The position numbers and the translations under genes are program-made. Shown here piece by piece: positions 9,475-17,592 of a stretch of DNA of 64,000 nt. Source of the stretch: Patescibacteria group bacterium (lineage in GTDB: Bacteria; Patescibacteriota; WWE3; JAUXAW01; JAYEID01); assembly GCA_034659915.1 (NCBI GenBank), contig JAYEID010000013.1, positions 10,627 through 74,626 on the forward strand. Reading direction: 5' to 3'. How positions within the stretch are numbered: the stretch's first letter is position 1; each line of letters opens with the position of its first letter. A model generated the notes under the pieces. That model did no database searches, had not been told where the DNA came from, and saw only the letters and a program-made list of their open reading frames with translations.

Positions 9475-10572
9475 ATGTCCAAAGATAATAAAGATTTACA
9501 CCAGGAAATTCTTTTTCCCGAAATAGAGGAGCTGGCACATTTGGTAGAGGAAACTACACTCCCTCCTAAATTAGAGGATAAGTTGCAACGGATGGTGGAA
9601 AGTTTGCGGCGAATGGCAAGGTTTAGAACTTATACCTCGGAGTATGAATCTATATCTCGGTACATTGAGCTGGCTACAAAAATACCATGGGATGTTCGTA
9701 CTGAAGATAATTTAGATATAAAGAGAGCAAGAAAAATTTTAAATGCAAACCATTATGGTATGGAGAAAGTAAAAGAAAGAGTTTTGGAATACATAGCAGT
9801 TTTAAATTTGACTCAGGAGAAGAGAGGTCGAAAAATGGAACGAGCTACTGGTCCCTTAGCTTCTACCAAAGCATCTGTGTTGTGTTTCGTTGGCCTTCCT
9901 GGAATTGGTAAAACGTCAGTTGCTTATTCTATTGCAGAAGCTTTGGATCGGAAATTTGTCCGGGTTGCTATGGGTGGTGTGGCAAGTTCGGTGCATCTTA
10001 GAGGACGCTCCCGTGCCTACCCACAGTCAGAGGCTGGGCAGGTTGTAAAGGGACTAGTTCGTTGTGGGAGCAAAAATCCAGTTATACTTATGGATGAGAT
10101 AGATCGTATTTCGGAAGAAGCGCGGACAGAAGTAATGGGTGTCCTTTTAGAACTCTTGGATCCAGAGCAAAATGCGGCGTTTCAAGACCATTACTTGGAT
10201 TATCCCTTGGACTTATCTGAGGTTCTCTTTATTTGTACTGCAAACCACAAGAGAGGTATTGCTAATGCGGTATTGGACCGGTTAGAGGTTATTGAAATGC
10301 CTGCTTATACTGATGAAGAGAAGAAGGTTATTGGTCGCGATTACCTTTTACCTCGGGTTCTTGATGAGTGTGGTTTAGATTCAAGTCAAGTTGAAATTGA
10401 GGAAGAGCTTTGGTCAAGTATAATTCGCCCGCTTGGCTATGACGCTGGGATTAGGACCTTGGAGAGAACTATTCAGGGTATTTGTCGCAAAGCTGCTAAA
10501 GAGATTGTGGAAGAAGGTGTAAGTAAGGTAAAGATAACTGAGGATAATATTGATCAGTATTTACCTAAGTGA
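9475..10572 (+). CDS. Lon-like AAA+ ATPase lacking the S16 protease domain
   Basis: 365 aa; strong match to the Lon ATPase module (Walker A GLPGIGKTS, Walker B VILMDEIDR, ...LDRLEVIEMPAYTDEEK...GIRTLER). The gene ends before any Ser-Lys protease domain and lacks most of the Lon N-domain; the next gene is UDG. Confidence 0.8.
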   Translation: MSKDNKDLHQEILFPEIEELAHLVEETTLPPKLEDKLQRMVESLRRMARFRTYTSEYESISRYIELATKIPWDVRTEDNLDIKRARKILNANHYGMEKVKERVLEYIAVLNLTQEKRGRKMERATGPLASTKASVLCFVGLPGIGKTSVAYSIAEALDRKFVRVAMGGVASSVHLRGRSRAYPQSEAGQVVKGLVRCGSKNPVILMDEIDRISEEARTEVMGVLLELLDPEQNAAFQDHYLDYPLDLSEVLFICTANHKRGIANAVLDRLEVIEMPAYTDEEKKVIGRDYLLPRVLDECGLDSSQVEIEEELWSSIIRPLGYDAGIRTLERTIQGICRKAAKEIVEEGVSKVKITEDNIDQYLPK

Positions 10573-10593
10573 TAAAAATCTTGTGTTTTTCAT

Positions 10594-11196
10594 ATGTCTA
10601 GAATTTTGAGACAAGTTAGAAAACAAATACAAAGATGTGACAAGTGTCGTTTGGCTCGGACAAGAACTAATACCGTTCCTGGAGAAGGGCCCAAGGATGC
10701 AGAAGTAGCCTTTGTTGGGGAGGCTCCAGGTTATAATGAGGATAGGGAGGGACGACCATTTGTAGGAAAGGCAGGGAAGCTTTTGGATAAGTTGCTGCGT
10801 TCTGTTCAAATTAGTCGGAAGGATGTTTGGATTGGTAATGTGATTAAATGCCGACCACCAAATAATCGTAGTCCTCACGTTGATGAGTTGCGGGCTTGCG
10901 AGCCTTATCTTGACTTGCAGTTAAGGGAGATTAGTCCCAAAGTTGTCTGTACCTTAGGAAGGTATGCAACAGAGCATTTCCTGGGAGATATAAAAATTTC
11001 TGAGGTACATGGTACTCCTTTCAATGCAGGGAGATTTGTAGTCTTTCCCCTTTTTCACCCGGCAGCAGCTTTGCGGAGTAAAAATGTTAAACGTGAGCTC
11101 CAGGAGGATTTTCGCAAAATAACTGATTTATTGAATGGAGATTTGAAAGCAGAAGAAGTGAAGAACCAGGATGAAAACCAGATAAGTCTGTTTTGA
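10594..11196 (+). CDS. Uracil-DNA glycosylase, family 4
   Basis: Motifs GEGPxDAEVAFVGEAPGYNEDREGRPFVGKAGKLL and HPAAALR; an N-terminal Cys-containing segment (CDKC) typical of the thermophilic-type UDG. Confidence 0.8.
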   Translation: MSRILRQVRKQIQRCDKCRLARTRTNTVPGEGPKDAEVAFVGEAPGYNEDREGRPFVGKAGKLLDKLLRSVQISRKDVWIGNVIKCRPPNNRSPHVDELRACEPYLDLQLREISPKVVCTLGRYATEHFLGDIKISEVHGTPFNAGRFVVFPLFHPAAALRSKNVKRELQEDFRKITDLLNGDLKAEEVKNQDENQISLF

Positions 11197-11291
11197 ATAT
11201 TTATTTGAGTATTTTAACTTAGAAACACTTGAGCACCAATTTACTATATGTTTGTATGCTTTAGTGTTTTATGTTTTGATGACCTTTATTT

Positions 11292-13007
11292 ATGCCAAAG
11301 TTTAAGAAAATTGACAAAAAAACATTACGTTTTATACCTTTGGGGGGCTCTGGGCAGGTAACTCGAAATATGTTTGCTTATGAGTGTGGCAGGGATATTG
11401 TTATTTTGGATTGCGGTGTGGGTTTTCCTGATTTTGAAACACCGGGGGTTGATGCAGCTATTCCTGATATTTCTTATTTGGAGGAAGAGGGAAAGCTTTC
11501 TAATATTCGAGGTATTATTATTACCCACGCTCATTATGATCACTTTGGAGCTCTTCCCCATCTATTACCCAAATTAGATGCTCCTGTTTATGCATCAAAG
11601 CTAGCTTTGGAATTTGCTCGTGCTACTTTGGACGAGGCTGGAATAAAGAGTGATAAAAAACTTTTTGAGATTGATCCGGATAATGGCGCTTTTGACCTAG
11701 GTTGTTTTCATATTGAACCTTTCCGGGTATGCCACTCAGTACCCGACTCTTTGGGTTTTCTACTTTCTACTCCAATTGGGAATATTTTTCATGTTTCTGA
11801 TTACAAATTTGATTGGACTCCGGTCGATGGGCGCCTTTTTGACGTGCGCAAATTAAGCAAGCTTGCAGGGCAAGAAAAACCGATGCTATTAGCTTCAGAT
11901 TGCTTAGGAGCTAATACCGAAGGCTATACCCAATCCGAGAAAGTATTAACAGATTCAATAGAAAAGCTTATTAGCGAGGCAGAGCACCAAATTTTCTTTA
12001 CTACTGTTTCTTCTAACATTTCTAGAATTCAACAAGCTGTTTGGGCAGCAGTGCGACACGGCCGTAAGGTCTGCTTTCTTGGTCGGTCCATGGAACAAAG
12101 CGCTTTGGTTGCCCGAAAACTTGGCTATCTGGAAGTTGAGAAAAAGAATTTGGTTCACCCTAAGCAGGCTCGCCGGTTTGATCAGTCAAAGTTGGCTTAT
12201 GTTGTAGCCGGGTGTTATGGTCAGGTAGGTTCTAGTTTGGAACGCCTTGCGCGCGGTGAGCACAGTTTGGTAGAGCTTGAGGGGAAGGTAGCAGTTATTT
12301 TTTCCGGTGACCCAGAGCCTCCTGGATCCAAGGAAGCAGTGGATAAAGTGGTGGACCAGCTTATTATGAGGGGGGCGGAAGTTTCCTATTATAAAATTCA
12401 GGATAATATGCATGTTTCGGGGCACGGTTCTGCATTAGATATTCAAATGCTTATGGGGTTGGTGCAATCAAAGTATTTTGTTCCCATTGGAGGTATGCCG
12501 CGTCATATGCAGGCATATTCAAAATTAGCTCAGGAAATGGGGGTTCCCCGGGAAAATGTTTTTGAATTGCAGGCAGGCGAGTATTTAGAATTTTCTGAAA
12601 ATTGGAAGAAAGGGAAGGGAGGAAAGCCACCGGAGAAGGGGGAATTCCCCTTCCGGGATATTTTAGTAGATGGTACCAGAATTGGAGATGTAGGTGATGT
12701 TGTCTTGCGGGACCGACAGCTGTTAGCTGATGATGGTATTGTTGTTCTAATTGTTCCTATTGATCCTAAGACAGGTAATATTTCAGGTTCTGTTGAAATT
12801 GCTACTCGCGGGTTTGTTTATGTACGCAAATCTCGGCAAATAATTTCTGATCTGGTGGGCATTGTGAAAAGTACAGCAGGATCCGAACCTTCAAAGAAAG
12901 AGGATTGGGGGGAACTGAAAAAGCAGCTTAGTACTAATGTCTTAAATTATATCCAGCAAAAAACAGGTCGTACACCTCTTATTCTTCCTGTAATAGTGGA
13001 AGTGTAG
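11292..13007 (+). CDS. rnj: Ribonuclease J (metallo-beta-lactamase/beta-CASP RNase)
   Basis: HAHYDHFGALP (HxHxDH), a beta-CASP region and the C-terminal domain characteristic of RNase J; 571 aa. Confidence 0.9.
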   Translation: MPKFKKIDKKTLRFIPLGGSGQVTRNMFAYECGRDIVILDCGVGFPDFETPGVDAAIPDISYLEEEGKLSNIRGIIITHAHYDHFGALPHLLPKLDAPVYASKLALEFARATLDEAGIKSDKKLFEIDPDNGAFDLGCFHIEPFRVCHSVPDSLGFLLSTPIGNIFHVSDYKFDWTPVDGRLFDVRKLSKLAGQEKPMLLASDCLGANTEGYTQSEKVLTDSIEKLISEAEHQIFFTTVSSNISRIQQAVWAAVRHGRKVCFLGRSMEQSALVARKLGYLEVEKKNLVHPKQARRFDQSKLAYVVAGCYGQVGSSLERLARGEHSLVELEGKVAVIFSGDPEPPGSKEAVDKVVDQLIMRGAEVSYYKIQDNMHVSGHGSALDIQMLMGLVQSKYFVPIGGMPRHMQAYSKLAQEMGVPRENVFELQAGEYLEFSENWKKGKGGKPPEKGEFPFRDILVDGTRIGDVGDVVLRDRQLLADDGIVVLIVPIDPKTGNISGSVEIATRGFVYVRKSRQIISDLVGIVKSTAGSEPSKKEDWGELKKQLSTNVLNYIQQKTGRTPLILPVIVEV

Positions 13008-13032
13008 ATTAGTAGATTAGTAGACAGTAGTA

Positions 13033-13058
13033 AGTAGACCTGCCTGCCGGCAGGCAGG
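13033..13058. repeat. Short intergenic copy of the GC-rich palindromic element (perfect palindrome CCTGCCTGCCGGCAGGCAGG)
   Basis: Matches the 5' module of the intragenic copies at 18913 and 29191. Confidence 0.6.
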
Positions 13059-13322
13059 AGCTGGTAACACGTAAATCGTAATTAGATATCCGTTTTTAGC
13101 TTTTAGCAATTAACAATAAACAATTATTTTCTACCAAGACCTTGAGGGATTACGTACGCAAAACCTTACGGACTTTCAGGTTCAAGCCCTTGCCCGGTAT
13201 TCCTTGTCTCCAGTTACGAGGTTCCTGTTTCCAGCCTCTCTCATGCGCTTATGTTTTAACGGTGCTATTATTCTTCTACTAGATTGCACCCCACACCCTT
13301 TTTATGGTTAAATTAATACACG

Positions 13323-15605
13323 ATGGGAAAGAGAGGACGTCCCCGAAAAGTTAAATTTGAGTTAGAGAGAGATGCTGCACATTCTATTGCAGCAGTAGCA
13401 ATTTTGGCTTTATCTATTCTTACTCTTCTCTCCTTTTTTGGTCAGGCTGCAGGTTTTGGTTCTATGCTACAGAAGCTATTGAATCGTGTTTTTGGGTGGG
13501 GTGCTTTTTTAGTTCCTTTTATTCTTGCCCTTTCTAGCCTTATTCTTTTTCGCAAATTGAAATGGAAGATTATTCAGCCTCGGATACTTACGGGTTTGGT
13601 TCTTTTTTTGCTATCTTTTGATGGTACTGTTCATTTTTTCTTTTCTCCAGCTGTTGCTAAAGAGGAAGCTCTTATGGGCCAAGGAGGTGGAATGTTGGGG
13701 TATATTATTCAGAAATATCTTCGCACTTTTTTAGGTCCCTTTGGTGCTATTTTAATTTTGGCCTCATTTCTTTTAGTTTCTGTTTTGGTTATCTTTAATG
13801 CATCATTGGATGAAACCTTAGTATTTTTGGGTAATGTTTTAAGCGGGATAGGGAGATTTTTTGAAAACTTTGTTTTTAGAGGCACTTTGAAAGTTGTTCG
13901 GAAGCTTATTGGTCGGGAAGATGATTTGGAGGCTGAGGTTGTGGAAGGTAAAGAAGGTAGTTCTGAGTTGTCCTATGTGGGTGACGATGATGAGGAATCT
14001 GAAGGCGAGGTGGAGGAAGAGAAACAAGTTGAGAAAGTGCGGAGAGATGATTTGGTTGTTGTACAAGCTACTTATACTCCGCTTGGTGTAGAAGAGGATT
14101 CTGAGGATGTTGGGGAAGATGTAGAAAAAGCTCCATTGCGGCACGAAACTGTAGCAAATCTTCCGGAGAGTAAGAAAGAATGGGAGTATCCCCCACTAAG
14201 TATATTGGAAGATATACCTCCTTATAAGAAGGATCAGGAGGAGATGAAAGATGAGGCGCAGAAGATTGAAGATACTTTGGAGTCTTTTGGAATTAAAGCA
14301 AATGTTGCAGATGTAAAAATAGGACCTACTGTTACTCAATATGCTTTGGAAGCTGCTTCTGGTACAAAGCTTACAAAAATAACTACGCTCCATAAAGATC
14401 TTGCTATGGCTTTAGCCTCCTCTACTGGATCTGTGCGAATAGAGGCACCTATTCCAGGGAAGTCGTTAGTAGGTATTGAGGTACCCAATAAAAAGCCGGC
14501 AACGGTAGGGTTGAAGAGTGTGTTAACTTCCGAAGCAATGAAAAAATCTTCTTCTGTTTTGAGTGTGGCGCTTGGGAAGAATGTTTCCGGGCGGCCCCAA
14601 GTGGCTGATTTGGCTAGGATGCCTCACGTGTTAATTGCTGGTGCTACGGGGAGTGGTAAGTCAGTTCTTATTCACTCCTTCATCTGTTCATTGCTTTTTC
14701 GAACTACTCCAGAGGAGGTTCGACTGATTTTGGCAGACCCTAAGAGGGTTGAACTTTCAATTTATAGAGAAATTCCCCACCTTTTGACTCCTGTTATTTT
14801 GGATTCGGATAAGATGCTCCCTACTTTAGATTGGGCTGTGGAAGAGATGGAACGAAGATATAAACTCTTTCAAGATGCTGGGGCTAAAGATATTGATTCT
14901 TATAATGAAATTTCTGGTTTTCAGGCACTCCCTAAGATTGTTTTGGTTGTGGATGAATTAGCGGACTTGATGGCAGCAGCAGCGAACGAAGTTGAGAAAG
15001 CGGTTGTCCGGTTGGCCCAGATGTCAAGGGCTACCGGTGTTCACTTGGTTCTTTCCACACAGCGGCCTTCTACTGATGTTTTGACTGGGTTGATCAAGGC
15101 AAATATTCCTTGTCGGATAGCGCTGAATACAACCTCGGGAGTAGATTCACGGGTAATTATTGATCAGCCTGGGGCAGATAAGCTCTTGGGGCGCGGAGAT
15201 ATGCTGTACTTACCTCCTGAAGCGTCTACGCCCAAGCGAATTCAAGCTCCCTTTATTTCACTTATTGAAATTAAAGCCCTTGTTGATTTCCTACGAGAAG
15301 AGATGGAGGAAGAACCGGAGTTTGAGGAAAGTCTTCAGGAGGCTCAAGAGAAAATTAGCCAAAGGAACAAGTTGGCTGAGGAGGAGAATTTGGAAGGGCT
15401 TAGTGATGAGCTGTTCCCAGATGCTGTGGAGGTTGTTTGTCGTCATGATCGTGGTTCCGCTTCTCTTCTTCAGCGAAAGCTTTCTATTGGTTATGCGAGG
15501 GCTGCAAGGCTTTTGGATGCTCTAGAGGCTAAGGGCGTGGTTGGTCCTAAGGATGGTTCCAAACCCCGCGAACTTTTGGTTTCCGATCCCAGCGAAGTGC
15601 TGTAG
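13323..15605 (+). CDS. ftsK: DNA translocase FtsK/SpoIIIE
   Basis: N-terminal TM helices, an acidic linker, motor domain with Walker A GATGSGKSV, and a C-terminal gamma winged-helix domain. Confidence 0.92.
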   Translation: MGKRGRPRKVKFELERDAAHSIAAVAILALSILTLLSFFGQAAGFGSMLQKLLNRVFGWGAFLVPFILALSSLILFRKLKWKIIQPRILTGLVLFLLSFDGTVHFFFSPAVAKEEALMGQGGGMLGYIIQKYLRTFLGPFGAILILASFLLVSVLVIFNASLDETLVFLGNVLSGIGRFFENFVFRGTLKVVRKLIGREDDLEAEVVEGKEGSSELSYVGDDDEESEGEVEEEKQVEKVRRDDLVVVQATYTPLGVEEDSEDVGEDVEKAPLRHETVANLPESKKEWEYPPLSILEDIPPYKKDQEEMKDEAQKIEDTLESFGIKANVADVKIGPTVTQYALEAASGTKLTKITTLHKDLAMALASSTGSVRIEAPIPGKSLVGIEVPNKKPATVGLKSVLTSEAMKKSSSVLSVALGKNVSGRPQVADLARMPHVLIAGATGSGKSVLIHSFICSLLFRTTPEEVRLILADPKRVELSIYREIPHLLTPVILDSDKMLPTLDWAVEEMERRYKLFQDAGAKDIDSYNEISGFQALPKIVLVVDELADLMAAAANEVEKAVVRLAQMSRATGVHLVLSTQRPSTDVLTGLIKANIPCRIALNTTSGVDSRVIIDQPGADKLLGRGDMLYLPPEASTPKRIQAPFISLIEIKALVDFLREEMEEEPEFEESLQEAQEKISQRNKLAEEENLEGLSDELFPDAVEVVCRHDRGSASLLQRKLSIGYARAARLLDALEAKGVVGPKDGSKPRELLVSDPSEVL

Positions 15606-15670
15606 TTTTTGCGCCGGGGGTACGCGTTTTCAAGAACCGCGCGCCCGACTAGTGACTTTGGTGACTGCGC

Positions 15671-15760
15671 GCTTAGAGAAAAATTTGCTTTGGTCCGGGG
15701 TTAGTAGATAACTAATTGTAAGCAAATTTTTCTATGCTCTTGAAAACGGCACCCCCGCCA
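15671..15760. repeat. Diverged partial copy of the 172-nt element (3' module) downstream of ftsK
   Basis: GCTTAGAGAAAAATTTGCTTT...AAGCAAATTTTTCTATGCTCTTGAAAACGGCACCCCCGCC aligns with the 3' half of the 172-nt element plus the GGCACCCCCGCC boundary motif. It is flanked by ~45-nt direct repeats (15577-15625 and 15801-15850). Confidence 0.75.
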
Positions 15761-15867
15761 TGCTTACAGCGTGAAAGTATCTGTTCTTAATCTGATTAGC
15801 GTATTTTGATTTCCAATCCCAGCGAAGTGACGTAAATTTCGGGGGTCCGCCGGATTCGCGCGAGACT

Positions 15868-15985
15868 TTGACAGGCACCCCCCTTTCAGGGCCGCTCGCA
15901 CCGTTCAGCGTTGGAGAGTAGGAAAGAGAACCGCTCGCTTTGTGATCAAAACCCTTCATGGCGGGAGCCTGCCAAGTCCCTTTCC
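15868..15985. repeat. Intergenic repeat family B, copy 2 (upstream of rodZ-like)
   Basis: Shares GGCACCCC..CT.TCAGGGCCGCTCGC.CC ... CGCT.GCTTTGTGATCAAAA..CCCTTCA.GGCGGGAGCC.GCCAA with 53603-53760. Confidence 0.75.
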
Positions 15986-16030
15986 TTTTATCCGCGTAAA
16001 TCCGTATTAAATCTGCGAGAATCCTATTCT

Positions 16031-16768
16031 ATGAAATCTGTTGGCGAAATTCTAAAGAAAACACGTAAAAAACAAGGTTATTCTCTTTTAGAAGTTTCAG
16101 AAGAATTAAAAATCCACCCCCGGTTCCTAAAGGCGTTGGAAAGCGGGGATTATAATGTTTTTGCACACACTTTGCATGCAAAGGGTTTTTTGAAAAACTA
16201 TGCCGATTTTTTGGGATTAAATGTTTCTGAGGTTTTAGCTTTTTGGCGGCGTGAATATAAAGATTTTTCTGAGGAACCTGAAATTTGTGATGTTACTAAG
16301 CCTTTGGATCAACCTAGGGTTGTAATAACTCCAAAGAAACTTATTGCCTTTATATCTGCTTTCTTTGTGTTGGGGTTTTTAGCTTATGTCTTTTGGCAAT
16401 ACCGGTCTATTGCTGGTCCTCCGCGTTTGGAGGTGGTGGTACCCAAGCAAGATATGATAGTTTCGGAACCGCAAATAACTTTAAAGGGAAGTGCGGATCC
16501 AGCAGCCACACTTACTATTAACGGTCAGGAAGTTTTGTTGGGTGATGATGGTAGGTTTGCTTTTGATTATGTTCTTTCTGATGGTCCTAACACTTTGACC
16601 TTTACTGCAGTGAATGAGTTTGGAAAAGAAGCAGAGGTTACCCGTACTCTCATTTATGATCGTCCTAGGGATGTGACTTTGCCGCCTCCCGCATCAACGC
16701 CATCAGCTACTCCATCTGCTGAGCAAGAATCTACACCTTCTGCAATACCGGAGATGGATAGCGAATAG
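16031..16768 (+). CDS. rodZ: RodZ-like cytoskeleton protein (XRE-type HTH, TM helix, C-terminal beta domain)
   Basis: MKSVGEILKKTRKKQGYSLLEVSEELKIHPRFLKALESGDY HTH, one TM helix, a DUF4115-like C-terminus and a Pro/Ser/Thr tail. The ORF-track extension to 15911 overlaps a repeat element, so it is most likely not coding. Confidence 0.7.
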   Translation: MKSVGEILKKTRKKQGYSLLEVSEELKIHPRFLKALESGDYNVFAHTLHAKGFLKNYADFLGLNVSEVLAFWRREYKDFSEEPEICDVTKPLDQPRVVITPKKLIAFISAFFVLGFLAYVFWQYRSIAGPPRLEVVVPKQDMIVSEPQITLKGSADPAATLTINGQEVLLGDDGRFAFDYVLSDGPNTLTFTAVNEFGKEAEVTRTLIYDRPRDVTLPPPASTPSATPSAEQESTPSAIPEMDSE

Positions 16769-16933
16769 ATGCGGATAAGAAAGGAGGACTCTATCATTCT
16801 GATAGATTGGGGTTCCGGAGTGACGGTTAATTGGTAATTGTTAACTGTTGATGGTTAGTAGCTGGTGTGTTTTTAAAACAAGAACTCGTTGACAGTGAGA
16901 TGAATGTTTTTTAAACTGGAGGGAGGACTGCCC

Positions 16934-17221
16934 ATGGACACTAACACGCTTCTAATACTCATAATAGGTCTTCTTACCTGCAACCTTCTTTTTGTGGGTG
17001 TTTATATTGTTTTGGTTCTCAAAGAAGTCCGAAAATCAATAAAGCAGCTTAATGTTATTTTGGAGAATGTGGCAGAAGTTTCGGAATCTGTTTCTCGACC
17101 TTTGATTGGGGTTTCCAGTGCAGTTACAGGTATTGTAGAGGGTTTTAATCTTTTTCAGAAACTTAGATCCCTTGGCAGTCGAGATGCTTTGGAGGGAAAG
17201 GAGGTGTCCAATGAGCAATAA
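16934..17221 (+). CDS. Small membrane protein (DUF948/YtxG-like)
   Basis: GGAGGGAGG RBS before the ATG at 16934; one N-terminal TM helix and a coiled-coil tail; paired with the downstream YtxH-like gene. Confidence 0.45.
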   Translation: MDTNTLLILIIGLLTCNLLFVGVYIVLVLKEVRKSIKQLNVILENVAEVSESVSRPLIGVSSAVTGIVEGFNLFQKLRSLGSRDALEGKEVSNEQ

Positions 17222-17519
17222 CAATTCGGGAGAGAGTTTTGTAAAAGGACTTTTCATTGGTGCCCTTGGTGGTGCTATTTTGGGTGTTCTTTTTGCGCCG
17301 GATGAGGGTAGGGAAACGCGGAGAAAGCTTAAAGAAAAAGGCGAGGAGATCCAGAAAAAGGCAGAGCCATTTGTTGAAGAAGCGCGTGAAAGTGTAAAAA
17401 AAATAGCAGAAGACTTGGAGACTGCGTCAGGTCCGGCGAAAGAAGAAGCAAAAAAGAAATTGAAAGATTTGGAAGGAGAAATAGCTAAAACCAAGAAAAG
17501 ATTTTTTAAAGGTGTGTAG
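17211..17519 (+). CDS. YtxH-like protein
   Basis: GLFIGALGGAILGVLFAPDEGRETRRKL matches the YtxH signature; AAGGAGG RBS 7 nt before the ATG at 17211; overlaps the previous gene by 11 nt. Confidence 0.55.
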   Translation: MSNNNSGESFVKGLFIGALGGAILGVLFAPDEGRETRRKLKEKGEEIQKKAEPFVEEARESVKKIAEDLETASGPAKEEAKKKLKDLEGEIAKTKKRFFKGV

Positions 17520-17592
17520 AGCTTCCTCTAATTCTGTTTTTTTCTAGGCTCAGATAGAAAGATAGATGTTTGGTTAGTTTTGTCCTCAAAGC

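Noticed and set aside
13005-13035. Tandem TAGTAG repeats (GATTAGTAGATTAGTAGACAGTAGTAAGTAG) right after the RNase J stop.
   Set aside because: Probably just a multi-frame stop-codon-rich AT spacer. No further structure or repetition elsewhere was noticed.
13160-13205. tRNA-like T-arm motif (GGTTCAAGCCC) in the RNase J-ftsK spacer.
   Set aside because: No acceptor, D or anticodon arms can be assembled. At most it could be a tRNA remnant or att-like scar.
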